Below, piece by piece: positions 1 to 9,542 of a stretch of 64,000 nucleotides of DNA (the first letter of the stretch is position 1; each line of letters opens with the position of its first letter). The stretch lies in IMG/VR virus record IMGVR_UViG_3300025137_005045. One strand, 5' to 3'. The stretch is from a virus (Duplodnaviria; Caudoviricetes). Below the pieces are notes generated by a model. It searched no databases. It was not told the origin of the DNA and saw only the letters and a list, made by a program, of their open reading frames with translations. A program made the position numbers and the translations under genes.

Positions 1-751
1 TCATTATTTCAGTATAACAATTTAACACATTATCTACAGATTTAACATAAGGAATATCTATTCCAGCAGTAGAAAATAATGCCTGATTTTTCCAAGTGTT
101 TCCTTCGACTACCACAAAAGGACATCGTGCTTTACAGGCCGCATACATTTCGTGATGTCTTGATGTTATAAAAATATCTGCGTTTCTAAGTGTATTTACA
201 ATATGATTCCAGTTGTCTTTAAAAATATCAACAGTGGGAGCGTCTTCGAAACCACGATCAATTCCTGAGTTAGAATAGTTTTTACCTATCACTATTCTCT
301 TTTTGGGTTTATTCTGGACAGGCACATCAATCCAATAACTACAATCTAAATGTATTTCACTATCAATGTTGTATTCTTTTAAAAAACGTTGACTCATAAC
401 TTCACGTACACTGACATAACTTTGCTGTAGGGCGTTTATGTGCGTCTTAGACAGTGACATGCCTTGAAATACTGAGTTAATTACGCTAGTTTTTTTACCT
501 TGTTTTTGTGCTTTTACCAATATATCTAAAAATTCTAATGGAACACGTCTATCTGAGTGCATGGTCCCCTCACCATTTATCATGATATGTTCTGCTTGAT
601 CAAATAGATTTTCATCGTAAGTAACTCTGTCTCTATTGCCTGGTATTGTGGCTATAATGTCGTAACGTGATTTAATATATTCAATCACTTTGGCACAGCC
701 CGAATGATAGTTAGATGTGTCGTTAAACAATAGTGTTGAAGTTAACTTCAA
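1..751 (-). CDS. Polysaccharide pyruvyl transferase-like protein (runs off window edge; not in ORF track)
   Basis: Manual translation from TTG at 751 overlapping the upstream TGA: LFNDTSNYHSGCAKV...INGEGTMH...ADIFITSRHH...CPFVVVEGNTWK; frame open to position 2. Confidence 0.65.
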   Translation of the reverse strand, partial: MKLTSTLLFNDTSNYHSGCAKVIEYIKSRYDIIATIPGNRDRVTYDENLFDQAEHIMINGEGTMHSDRRVPLEFLDILVKAQKQGKKTSVINSVFQGMSLSKTHINALQQSYVSVREVMSQRFLKEYNIDSEIHLDCSYWIDVPVQNKPKKRIVIGKNYSNSGIDRGFEDAPTVDIFKDNWNHIVNTLRNADIFITSRHHEMYAACKARCPFVVVEGNTWKNQALFSTAGIDIPYVKSVDNVLNCYTEIM

Positions 752-1278
752 TTTATAGCAATCCTTTTAAATTTTGCTAATTTTAACATATATTCTCGCT
801 CTCGTTCATAGTTGTGTTTTTCAGGTTGCTTGTACCAAGATTTAGTATACCAAGTCGGAGTAGCTTTCCAATCGAATCCGTACACATTAATATGTTTAGG
901 ATTATATTTTAGTAACCACCATAAGGTCATAAGTCCGCAACTAGGTCGATCTACCTTAACTATCGATTTAATTTCATTATTGGATTCTAACGGTATTTTA
1001 TAAAAAGATATGTTATAATCTACTTCCCTATTTTTGTTACTACAATGTATGATTGTATCTCTATCACTAATATCTCTTACTGAACTATCAAACTGCATAG
1101 GATCTGAAAATACAGCTAGATCACATCGTGTGCCATGACTTTGGGGTCTATTCAATGTGGTACCAGCATTAAGTTTTACTACCAAATCGTGCTGATCAAT
1201 TGCTTGACCAAAGTTCTGATCAAAAAGACTTTCGGCATTGCCGACTAATGCCATGTTAAGTCCAAGCTCTACTTTCAC
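748..1278 (-). CDS. GT29 (sialyltransferase-like) glycosyltransferase
   Basis: ALVGNAESL...IDQHDLVVKLN (sialylmotif L-like); PSCGLMTLWWLL...INVYGFD (motif S-like). Confidence 0.6.
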   Translation of the reverse strand: MKVELGLNMALVGNAESLFDQNFGQAIDQHDLVVKLNAGTTLNRPQSHGTRCDLAVFSDPMQFDSSVRDISDRDTIIHCSNKNREVDYNISFYKIPLESNNEIKSIVKVDRPSCGLMTLWWLLKYNPKHINVYGFDWKATPTWYTKSWYKQPEKHNYEREREYMLKLAKFKRIAIN

Positions 1279-2360
1279 TATGCTGGGGTGAACTGATATA
1301 ATGCTTCGTTGGGTTTGCCTGTTGTAATGATTGCTGGTGTTGATGTTCGACGCCTAATTTTAAGAACGTCTTCTCCAGTCTTAACCACAGCCATGGTGTT
1401 AGCACCAAAGTTAATTGCGGCTAGTATTTGCCATTGACCACCTTCTCCACCTGCTTTATAATAATTGAAGTTAGCAACAGTGTATGCTTTAACTACTTCG
1501 AGTGGATCACTGTTAGGTCTAGCAAATGTACTAATTAATGGTCCTGCTTGTTGCCCAAACAGTTCACCAAATAGTTGAGTAGCTAGATTTTTTCTGGTAG
1601 GAGCATCTAAACCGGCGTTGTTGACTATTTCAGTAAAAGATTTAACATTTAAACTTTTTTGTTTTGATAATGCTTGTGCCAGTGGCTCTCTTAACTGTTC
1701 ATAACTGTTAATAATTTCTTGCATGCGTTCTCTAGTAGGAACAGATGTTGCTTCGCCGAAACGTCCACCACCTCCTCCACTTTTAGAAGCTTTAACTTCT
1801 ACAGGGACACCTTTAACAGCAACATCACCACCTGCTGATTTAAGTGTGATGTCTGGCGATAGTATAGCAAGTGCATGCTCTCCAGGGCCTTTCATTTGCT
1901 CACCTACACCATAATCTTTAAGATGATCGAATACTACGAGATTTTCAGGTTTGTTATAAGTTAAATCTTGTAACGTATGTTGTCCTGGTTTAAGTAGTAG
2001 CTCTGCATTAATAACTTGACCTGCTTTTAAATTATCAGCAAACTTCATTTTATCTTGATATCGCATAGGAACTTCTGAAATTTTACCTGCAATCTGTAAG
2101 ATTTTTTTATCTAATACTCGCTTGACTTTAGGATCACTGACTTGCCCGTACTCATTTGCTAATTCTTGAGCAACAATGTCTTTAAACTTGTCAAATGTTG
2201 ATTGTTGATTTAATAAAGAATAGATACGATCCAATACTTCTTCAACTTCTTCAGCTTTCTTAGGATCGTCTGGATCTGAATCTAGACCCATTAATCGTTT
2301 AATGATGTCTTGTTTCAGCATTTGAAGTTCATCCTCTTTTAATATTTCTCTAAATCTCAT
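1278..2360 (-). CDS. Late protein with CTS-like N-terminus and possible PD-(D/E)XK nuclease fold
   Basis: Starts MRFREILKE; GEHALAIL...GDVAVKGVPVEVKAS; TAAATA on minus strand at 2384-2389. Confidence 0.55.
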   Translation of the reverse strand: MRFREILKEDELQMLKQDIIKRLMGLDSDPDDPKKAEEVEEVLDRIYSLLNQQSTFDKFKDIVAQELANEYGQVSDPKVKRVLDKKILQIAGKISEVPMRYQDKMKFADNLKAGQVINAELLLKPGQHTLQDLTYNKPENLVVFDHLKDYGVGEQMKGPGEHALAILSPDITLKSAGGDVAVKGVPVEVKASKSGGGGGRFGEATSVPTRERMQEIINSYEQLREPLAQALSKQKSLNVKSFTEIVNNAGLDAPTRKNLATQLFGELFGQQAGPLISTFARPNSDPLEVVKAYTVANFNYYKAGGEGGQWQILAAINFGANTMAVVKTGEDVLKIRRRTSTPAIITTGKPNEALYQFTPA

Positions 2361-2377
2361 CGCTATTCTCTATTTTA

Positions 2378-2391
2378 GATAAGTATTTATC
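2378..2391. promoter_or_regulatory. Overlapping divergent late-promoter elements
   Basis: GATAAGTATTTATC gives TAAGTA on + and TAAATA on - in a 33-bp gap between divergent genes. Confidence 0.5.
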
Positions 2392-2393
2392 TA

Positions 2394-3524
2394 ATGAAGA
2401 ATAACAACAAACATATCTGCTTTCATCCTTGGGCAGGAATAGATATTAATGCACAACAAGAATTTAAACCTTGTTGTAAGATTGACGAATCATTTGGAAA
2501 CACGCTTGAAGAGTATCTTAATAATCCTGAACTAGCTAATATGAAAGAGCAGTTTCTTAAAGGAAATAAGCCTGTAGAATGTCAAAGATGTTGGCAAGAT
2601 GAGGATGCTGGTCTCGCTAGCAAGAGGCAACTAGACTGGGAACAAGTCTATAATAAACAGGTTCCCAAAGATGTTGGCATCCGTGTTGCTATGTTAACAT
2701 TTGGGAATAGCTGTAATCTTAAGTGTCGAACTTGTGGTAGTTTCGCATCAAGTAGTTGGATCAAAGAAGAAAAAAAATTATTTCCAGAGCACACAATTTA
2801 TCCACACAATAGTTACTATAAAGATATTAACTATCAGTCTGAGATAGCAGAGATAGCCAAAAAAGTAACATATGTTTATATTGCAGGAGGGGAGCCTTTC
2901 TTAAGCACAGATTTAAAATATCATTCAGACTTTTTAGATTTATTGTTGGATCGTGCCGAACAAATAAGTCTGAAATATATAACAAATTGCACAGTAACTC
3001 CTAGTGATGAAATGTGGGAGAAATTTAAACGATTTAAGAATATAGAATTTCATTTAAGTATAGATGGTGTTGGATCAGTTTATGAGTATACACGATATCC
3101 TGCTAATTGGGAGAAAGTTCTAGAGAATATTAAAAGATATCAATCTTTAGCCAATAGTACTCCAAATTTTAAAATAAGTATAGGGCATACTGTTAGCGTG
3201 TTAAATGTTTATTATCTACCTGATTTTTTAATTTGGTGTTTGAAAAACAAGTTAGGCAAACCTTATCTAGGTATGGTATATGAAGAACCTCATTATAATA
3301 TTAGAAACTTGCCATTGGAAATAAAAAATATCATAAAAGATAGACTAAGACTATATTCAGTAAATGAAGTGGTTTCATTTATGCAAGAAAAAGATGATCA
3401 ACCCGAACAGTTTCGTAAATTTTTAAAGTATACCCAAATATTAGATCAAGAACGAAAATCTACAATGGAACAAAGTTTACCAGAATTTTATAATATGTTA
3501 ATGGATCACGGCATAAAATATTAA
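2394..3524 (+). CDS. Radical SAM protein with N-terminal SPASM/twitch-like Cys domain
   Basis: CNLKCRTC; GGEPF; N-terminal CFHPW...PCC...CQRC. Confidence 0.85.
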   Translation: MKNNNKHICFHPWAGIDINAQQEFKPCCKIDESFGNTLEEYLNNPELANMKEQFLKGNKPVECQRCWQDEDAGLASKRQLDWEQVYNKQVPKDVGIRVAMLTFGNSCNLKCRTCGSFASSSWIKEEKKLFPEHTIYPHNSYYKDINYQSEIAEIAKKVTYVYIAGGEPFLSTDLKYHSDFLDLLLDRAEQISLKYITNCTVTPSDEMWEKFKRFKNIEFHLSIDGVGSVYEYTRYPANWEKVLENIKRYQSLANSTPNFKISIGHTVSVLNVYYLPDFLIWCLKNKLGKPYLGMVYEEPHYNIRNLPLEIKNIIKDRLRLYSVNEVVSFMQEKDDQPEQFRKFLKYTQILDQERKSTMEQSLPEFYNMLMDHGIKY

Positions 3525-3534
3525 TCAAAGCCAC

Positions 3535-3563
3535 TTGCGTTTTAAGACAAATGATCATATAAT
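3535..3563 (+). promoter_or_regulatory. sigma70-type promoter
   Basis: TTGCGT-17nt-TATAAT upstream of clpP. Confidence 0.65.
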
Positions 3564-3593
3564 TTTATTATATAAAATACGATAGGAATAATT

Positions 3594-4178
3594 ATGCCAC
3601 ATTTAGTACCAATAGTAGTTGAAAAAACACCACAAGGTGAACGAAGTTATGACATATACTCTAGACTGTTAAAAGATCGTATTGTGATGTTAGATACTGA
3701 TGTGAACTCAGCAAGTGCAAGTGCTGTTGTGGCACAGATGTTATTCTTAGAAGCTGATGATCCAGATAGAGACATACTGTTTTATATTAATTCACCAGGC
3801 GGGTCAGTGACTGCGGGCATGAGTATATATGATACCATGCAGTATATCAAACCAGACGTAACAACTATTGTTATGGGACAAGCGGCCAGTATGGGTTCAC
3901 TACTAGCAATGAGTGGTGCTAAAGATAAACGTTTTATCTTACCAAATGCTAGACACATGATACATCAACCAAGTGGTGGTGCACAAGGTATGGTTAGTGA
4001 TATTGAGATCACATACAAAGAAATTACACGCTGGAAAGATACATTAACCAAAGTATACGAAAAACATACAGGCAAACCTTATACACAATTAGAAATGGAC
4101 ATGGACAGAGATACTTTTATGTCAGCTGAAGAAGCAGTTTCTTATGGACTAGCCGATAAGGTCATTGAGAATAGATAA
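3594..4178 (+). CDS. clpP: ATP-dependent Clp protease proteolytic subunit
   Basis: [23 protein letters not shown] (Ser), MIHQP (His), DRD (Asp). Confidence 0.97.
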   Translation: MPHLVPIVVEKTPQGERSYDIYSRLLKDRIVMLDTDVNSASASAVVAQMLFLEADDPDRDILFYINSPGGSVTAGMSIYDTMQYIKPDVTTIVMGQAASMGSLLAMSGAKDKRFILPNARHMIHQPSGGAQGMVSDIEITYKEITRWKDTLTKVYEKHTGKPYTQLEMDMDRDTFMSAEEAVSYGLADKVIENR

Positions 4179-5302
4179 TGTTATTTGAATTGAAATACCA
4201 TAGTGACTTTCCTATTAGTCAAAATGATGTTTCAATCGAAATAGATGGGCATCTTGTTGATTATAAATTTGATAATACAACAATAACATTTATTTGGGGG
4301 TTAGACTTTGGTATTCATTTTATCAAAATACGTAATCTAAATCCTGCTACACTAAAGATAGAAGATCTTTTTTATAACAAAGATAGTTTAAGACACTTGC
4401 TTTATCTTGCATATCTTGGTCAAGATAATAACAAAAAAGATAGTACTTGGGTCAAACAGGAAGACGGACCTCTTACTATTCCATTTGGATATCCGTTAGG
4501 TTGGTGGTTTTCAAAATGTGCTACTCAGTTAAAGAATGGTGATGTGGGTAACGATTTATACCAAAAGTATCGAATATTTTATCCAGACAGGAAAGAAATC
4601 TCAAAAATATATTCAAGATTTATACAAGACTTTTTTAAATATGATTTTGATTTCACAATAATTCCTAAGAAAGAGTTTCATAATCCGTTGCATAGTAAAA
4701 GTGTCCCCTACATACCCATTGATCTAGATTATGATCAAGATGGATTATTTGAAGAGTTTGACAATAAACAAGATATACTATTCGACGGAACTTATTCGCC
4801 GTCCCAAAAAAAATATAACTCGCAATGGAAACTATCAATGTGTGTGCCTATGAGCTTACAAAATCAGACTGACGTTAAAGCCTGGAAGAACGGATATATT
4901 TACGAACCTGATCAATTTCCGTTGCTCTATCAGTTGCTTGATAAAATATCTGATCTAGGTGATGTGTATATCTATCATGCGTTCATTGGTTTAGTTGAAC
5001 CAAACACCAGAGTAGACCCGCATAAAGACGATTTAAGTAATAGCAATCGAAAACTTGGATATGATGTTGAAGGACTTTGTCAAATTTTTATCCCTATTAA
5101 TTGGAAAGAAGGCAACTATTATAAATTTGCAGGCGTAGGATTAATTGATTACAATCAAGGTGCAGTAATATCTAATAACCATAACTATGTGCATGCTTCA
5201 ATAAATGACAGCGATAGTGCCAGATATACTATTGGTATATACTGTAAGTTCACCGGAAATAATATATTAAATACTGTAAGTTCACAGGAAATAATATATT
5301 AA
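4178..5302 (+). CDS. Two-domain protein with C-terminal Asp/Asn beta-hydroxylase-like 2OG-Fe(II) oxygenase
   Basis: PNTRVDPHKDD (HxD)...HASINDSDSARYTIGI (distal His and Arg). Confidence 0.6.
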   Translation: MLFELKYHSDFPISQNDVSIEIDGHLVDYKFDNTTITFIWGLDFGIHFIKIRNLNPATLKIEDLFYNKDSLRHLLYLAYLGQDNNKKDSTWVKQEDGPLTIPFGYPLGWWFSKCATQLKNGDVGNDLYQKYRIFYPDRKEISKIYSRFIQDFFKYDFDFTIIPKKEFHNPLHSKSVPYIPIDLDYDQDGLFEEFDNKQDILFDGTYSPSQKKYNSQWKLSMCVPMSLQNQTDVKAWKNGYIYEPDQFPLLYQLLDKISDLGDVYIYHAFIGLVEPNTRVDPHKDDLSNSNRKLGYDVEGLCQIFIPINWKEGNYYKFAGVGLIDYNQGAVISNNHNYVHASINDSDSARYTIGIYCKFTGNNILNTVSSQEIIY

Positions 5303-6601
5303 ATGTCAAATAAAAGTGTATTTTGTAATACGCCTTGGTATGAGGCACATATCTACTGGAATGGCGATCTAGGTATTTGCTGTCAGGAAAGTCACAAATT
5401 ATATTCATCAGAAGAAAGCCAATATAATATTAAAAATATGTCCTTGAAAGATTGGTTTAATAGTGAGCCAGTAAGAAAATTAAGGAGAGACATACTTAGT
5501 AACGAAAGATTTGATCTATGTAGTATGTGCTATAAGGAACAAGAGGTTGGTGGTACCAGTCGACGACATCGATCAAATCAAAAAAGTGCAATTTTTACTG
5601 AATCAGCATTTGATCAGAGTTATCAACAAAGTCCTGGACTAATATATTTTGAACACAGTCGTAATCATAACGGATACTCAAATACACTACCAATTGATCT
5701 ACATATTGATCTAGGTAACTATTGTAATCTTGCTTGTAAAATGTGTTGGGCCGGAGCTTCAACAAAAATTGCTACGCAACATGTAAAATGGGGAATACAA
5801 GAAGATAAAAAATATCTAAAAAATGACTGGACAAAAGATAAGGTCGTTTGGAACAGATTTTTAAATGACCTATTAGAGATTCCTAAATTAAAGAATATAC
5901 ATTTAATGGGGGGAGAAACTCTACTTACTAAAAAGTTTGAGGAAATGGTTGACTTTATGATTGCTCATAAACGATTTGACCTTAATTGGAGTTTTGTCAC
6001 TAACGGAACAGTATTTAATCAGCCATTGATGGATAAACTGAAACAATTTCAGAGAGTTGGTATTGAAGTTAGTATCGAAACTGCATCACCACATAATCAA
6101 TATGTACGTCAAGGTACAGATAATAGTGTAGTAATGGAAACCATAAACAAATATTTAGAATATAACAATGAATATTTTTCAGTTACTTTACGTCCTGCTA
6201 TTTCAGCATTAACTGTTGGCTACTATGATACTCTATTAGAGTTTGCTATCAAAAAGAAATTGCTTATAAAAAGTTTAATTGTTTCTACTCCAGCCTATTT
6301 AGATATTAACAGTTTACCACTGTCAGTTAAACACGAATATCAAAAAAAATATCGTAAATTATTAGAAAAATTTAAAGAAATAGATAGCTCAAGTGAATTT
6401 AATCAAAGCGATACTGCCAATTATCAACAAAGTATTTTAATGCAAATTAATCAGGTAATAACATTATTAGAAAGAAATCACGATAATAAAAAATTTAAAG
6501 ATTTGGTCAAGCATTGTCAACGATGGGATCAAGAACTTGGTCTTGACGCATTAGAATTGTATCCAGAGTTGGGAGAAGAATTTAAAAAACATGGATACTA
6601 G
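5303..6601 (+). CDS. Radical SAM protein with N-terminal SPASM/twitch-like domain
   Basis: CNLACKMC; MGGETL; N-terminal CNTPW...ICC...CSMC. Confidence 0.85.
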   Translation: MSNKSVFCNTPWYEAHIYWNGDLGICCQESHKLYSSEESQYNIKNMSLKDWFNSEPVRKLRRDILSNERFDLCSMCYKEQEVGGTSRRHRSNQKSAIFTESAFDQSYQQSPGLIYFEHSRNHNGYSNTLPIDLHIDLGNYCNLACKMCWAGASTKIATQHVKWGIQEDKKYLKNDWTKDKVVWNRFLNDLLEIPKLKNIHLMGGETLLTKKFEEMVDFMIAHKRFDLNWSFVTNGTVFNQPLMDKLKQFQRVGIEVSIETASPHNQYVRQGTDNSVVMETINKYLEYNNEYFSVTLRPAISALTVGYYDTLLEFAIKKKLLIKSLIVSTPAYLDINSLPLSVKHEYQKKYRKLLEKFKEIDSSSEFNQSDTANYQQSILMQINQVITLLERNHDNKKFKDLVKHCQRWDQELGLDALELYPELGEEFKKHGY

Positions 6602-7031
6602 AATTGAAGTATTACTAAGTCAGAAGAGCTTTCATAGATATCCTACATGTCATGTCTCGTGTAACGGTCAAACTCAATCGCATACTGTAGACTGTCCAAT
6701 TTGGGTCGTATTTGATTTAGAACTATCGATTTCAGATACAGTGTCATTGGCTATAGAGCATTATGGTAAAACCAACAAAGATACTGATGTCGTTGGCAAT
6801 CGAGACACTGCTATTATAATTGAAGATATACGAATAAACGGAATCAGTGATCAAAGATTTATATGGAAAGGGTGGTATCATCCTGATTATCCTGAACACT
6901 ATGAACCCAAAATTCCTAAAATAACAAATGTAACTTATCTAGGTTTTAATGGTATTTGGACGCTTGACATTACTGCACCTTTATTCACCTGGATACATCA
7001 AACTCAAGGTATGGGTTGGCTATACGATTAA
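6591..7031 (+). CDS. Hypothetical beta-rich protein (paralog of 41165..41605)
   Basis: KDT..IIIEDIRINGI...YLGFNGIWTLDITAPLFTW. Confidence 0.7.
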   Translation: MDTRIEVLLSQKSFHRYPTCHVSCNGQTQSHTVDCPIWVVFDLELSISDTVSLAIEHYGKTNKDTDVVGNRDTAIIIEDIRINGISDQRFIWKGWYHPDYPEHYEPKIPKITNVTYLGFNGIWTLDITAPLFTWIHQTQGMGWLYD

Positions 7032-7055
7032 TATTACCAAAATACCAAGTAAGAG

Positions 7056-7084
7056 TTGACTTTATAATCAAACGCCTATATAAT
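7056..7084 (+). promoter_or_regulatory. sigma70-type promoter
   Basis: TTGACT-17nt-TATAAT. Confidence 0.75.
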
Positions 7085-7120
7085 ACTGTTTATGTTGATA
7101 GTTAATGTCAACATGATATC

Positions 7121-7417
7121 ATGTTAAAAACTAAATGGAGCATTATTAAAATGGCTAGAACTAAAAAAGCAGTAATTAATTTAAACAAGGTTAAGAATCA
7201 AAAAGCATTCTTAGAATCATATCTACGTGGCACAGGTCGCACAATTTCTTCAGCTCAAGCTGTAGCAAATTATGGAATTATGCAATTACCAGCTAGAATA
7301 TCTGAACTACGTTCAGCAGGTATGATAGTTAAAACATCAACTAACTCATCAGGTAATACTTGTTATAAAGTTGTTGCACGTGATGTAAGTGGTTCACGTT
7401 CTAAGATCTTTGCTTAA
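7121..7417 (+). CDS. Winged helix-turn-helix DNA-binding protein (start possibly 7151)
   Basis: ISSAQAVANYGIMQLPARISELR followed by a beta-wing. Confidence 0.7.
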   Translation: MLKTKWSIIKMARTKKAVINLNKVKNQKAFLESYLRGTGRTISSAQAVANYGIMQLPARISELRSAGMIVKTSTNSSGNTCYKVVARDVSGSRSKIFA

Positions 7418-7442
7418 TCCTAATAGGCAATTCAAGTAGTTC

Positions 7443-7471
7443 AAAAAAGGGTTCGCATTGAGCCCTTTTTT
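7443..7471 (+). terminator. Intrinsic terminator
   Basis: AAAAAAGGGTTC-GCATT-GAGCCCTTTTTT. Confidence 0.8.
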
Positions 7472-7472
7472 A

Positions 7473-7501
7473 TTGACCATAAAATCATTTTCAAGTATAC
7501 T
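7473..7501 (+). promoter_or_regulatory. sigma70-type early promoter (TTGACCA family)
   Basis: TTGACC-17nt-TATACT. Confidence 0.75.
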
Positions 7502-7536
7502 GCATATAAGTAAATACACATCACGGAGAAAAGATT

Positions 7537-7932
7537 ATGGAACTTATATTTTGGATGGTACTTGGTATGGTACTTGGTTTGTATTTGGTTAAATCAGTGG
7601 ACCGTACTATAAAAACACAAATGTTAGATCGTAATGTCGATAAAGCATTGGCTCTATATAAAGAAATGACAATACCATTGGAGTGTGAACGAGGTGATAG
7701 CGAGATAATATACTGTTATGACAATAAAAGCAAGGACTTTGTTTGTCAAGGTAAAACTCTAGATGAAATTAAAGAAAACTTTAGAAAACGATTTCCTGAT
7801 CATGGAAGTTATATCATGCACGAAAGTTTACATCTATTTCCAAATGCTAAAAACATAATGGTCGAAGATCCTACAGAAAGTGAACTTAAACAAAAAGTAG
7901 TTGAAAAAATTACGCCAAATGACAAATCCTAA
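7537..7932 (+). CDS. Hypothetical protein with N-terminal TM anchor
   Basis: GGAG SD; hydrophobic first 20 aa. Confidence 0.7.
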   Translation: MELIFWMVLGMVLGLYLVKSVDRTIKTQMLDRNVDKALALYKEMTIPLECERGDSEIIYCYDNKSKDFVCQGKTLDEIKENFRKRFPDHGSYIMHESLHLFPNAKNIMVEDPTESELKQKVVEKITPNDKS

Positions 7933-8686
7933 GGTAGTAGTTGCTACAGGTGGCTTTGATCCTATACACTCAGGACATATAGAATATCTTAAAGAAGCTC
8001 GCAAGTTAGGTGATATCCTGATTGTAGGAGTTAATTCTGATCAATGGCTAACACGTAAAAAAGGCTATCCTTTTATGCCTAGCACAGAACGTGTGTCTAT
8101 TGTGAAAGAACTTGAGTGTGTGGATCATTGTATATTGTTTGATGACACTGATGGTTCAGCTAGCCATGCTATAGACAATGCAAAATTACTTTATCCGAAC
8201 AGTCATATTATATTTTCAAACGGTGGTGACAGAACCATAAACAATATTCCTGAACAAGAATCATTTAAAGATGATCCAACAGTACAGTTTGTATTTGGAG
8301 TGGGTGGTAACTTTAAAATGAATTCAAGCTCATGGATCTTACAGGAATGGAAAGCACCCAAGAACCCTAGACAGTGGGGTTACTATCGGGTATTACATGA
8401 AGTACCAGGTATGAAAGTAAAAGAACTAACAGTGGAGCCAGGTAAAAAACTGTCGATGCAAAAGCATCAGTATCGTGCAGAGTTTTGGATAGTATCAGAA
8501 GGTGTTGCTAGTTTAAACCGATTTGGCAAGGAAGGTGTAACTGTATTGCAACCACATCATCAGAATACAATATATCCTGGACAATGGCATCAACTGATTA
8601 ATCAAACAGATGAACCTGTTCGCATAGTGGAAATACAATACGGTCACAAATGCGATGAAGAGGATATAATAAGACGTGTTGACTAA
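7919..8686 (+). CDS. Cytidylyltransferase-like (HIGH) domain fused to mannose-6-phosphate isomerase type II cupin
   Basis: GGFDPIHSGHIEYL; RQWGYYRVL...LSMQKH..RAEFW...EIQYG. Confidence 0.85.
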   Translation: MTNPKVVVATGGFDPIHSGHIEYLKEARKLGDILIVGVNSDQWLTRKKGYPFMPSTERVSIVKELECVDHCILFDDTDGSASHAIDNAKLLYPNSHIIFSNGGDRTINNIPEQESFKDDPTVQFVFGVGGNFKMNSSSWILQEWKAPKNPRQWGYYRVLHEVPGMKVKELTVEPGKKLSMQKHQYRAEFWIVSEGVASLNRFGKEGVTVLQPHHQNTIYPGQWHQLINQTDEPVRIVEIQYGHKCDEEDIIRRVD

Positions 8687-8687
8687 T

Positions 8688-8966
8688 ATGAAAACAAGTC
8701 AGGACGAATTTATAAAACGACAGTTAAAAATGCCTTGGAAGACATTCAATATAACAAAAGAAGATTATGATATATTTAAAAAAAGTTATGTTTTTATGGC
8801 AGTTAAAGGAATAAGTTACGGAGAGGCATTCTGTGAGTACTTTAAAGTATATGACTATCTAATTAAAAACGACTCTGATCATAATCGTGTAGACAAACTT
8901 ATACGTCACAGTTTTTTAAAACGGCAACAAGTAGTTCAGGAGTTATATAAAGAGGATATGACATAG
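8688..8966 (+). CDS. Hypothetical protein (tandem paralog 1)
   Basis: ITKEDYDIFKK...YGEAFCEYFKVYDY. Confidence 0.65.
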   Translation: MKTSQDEFIKRQLKMPWKTFNITKEDYDIFKKSYVFMAVKGISYGEAFCEYFKVYDYLIKNDSDHNRVDKLIRHSFLKRQQVVQELYKEDMT

Positions 8967-8969
8967 ACA

Positions 8970-9239
8970 ATGCACTACCAATTACAAAAGCAAATGTTAA
9001 ACGGAACTGCTAAAAAAAGAGATGTGCGTCTTACTCAAAAACAGTATGATCAGTTTAAGAAAGAGTTTACAATGATAGGACTACACGGTGAAGACTATGC
9101 TAACGCATTTTGTCGTCATTTTAAGATAGTAGACTATATGTTGTCAAGTTGTGCAAGAGATATAGATCGAGCAGAAGATTATATAATAAAAAACTATGTA
9201 AACAGCACAAGTCGAAATGTAATAGAATATTATGATTGA
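8970..9239 (+). CDS. Hypothetical protein (tandem paralog 2)
   Basis: LTQKQYDQFKK...YANAFCRHFKIVDY. Confidence 0.65.
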   Translation: MHYQLQKQMLNGTAKKRDVRLTQKQYDQFKKEFTMIGLHGEDYANAFCRHFKIVDYMLSSCARDIDRAEDYIIKNYVNSTSRNVIEYYD

Positions 9240-9396
9240 TGTTGAATACAGAGTTAAACGTGTGATACAAACTAATTGTTGTACCAAAACCTATTATGTC
9301 TGGCAAACAGAACAAGTAGATGTAACTACAGAGCATGAAGCTATTAATTATGTCTATGACAAATATAAACCAATGGAGGCTAGAATAAAAGAATGA
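9232..9396 (+). CDS. Small hypothetical protein (54 aa, not in track)
   Basis: MIDVEYRVKR...; overlaps both neighbours in operon fashion. Confidence 0.55.
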   Translation: MIDVEYRVKRVIQTNCCTKTYYVWQTEQVDVTTEHEAINYVYDKYKPMEARIKE

Positions 9397-9500
9397 CAAC
9401 TAAAAAGATATTGGCCTTAACAGGGTGGGGGATTGCTCTTTACATAGGATATAAACTAGCACTTGAAGCGTGGTGCTTACTTTATGGACTGGTATATTAA
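9393..9500 (+). CDS. Small membrane protein (35 aa, not in track)
   Basis: MTTKKILALTGWGIALYIG...; ATGA overlap with preceding gene. Confidence 0.5.
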   Translation: MTTKKILALTGWGIALYIGYKLALEAWCLLYGLVY

Positions 9501-9542
9501 CAATTAGATAAGTACATTTACATCAACCCAAAAGGAACTAAA

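Noticed and set aside
3594-4178. Cellular origin of the window (clpP, infA, nadE, dps, groES)
   Set aside because: Baseplate/tail genes, endolysin with spanins, T4-like PolB and clamp loader, late promoters and the absence of ribosomal operons indicate a phage
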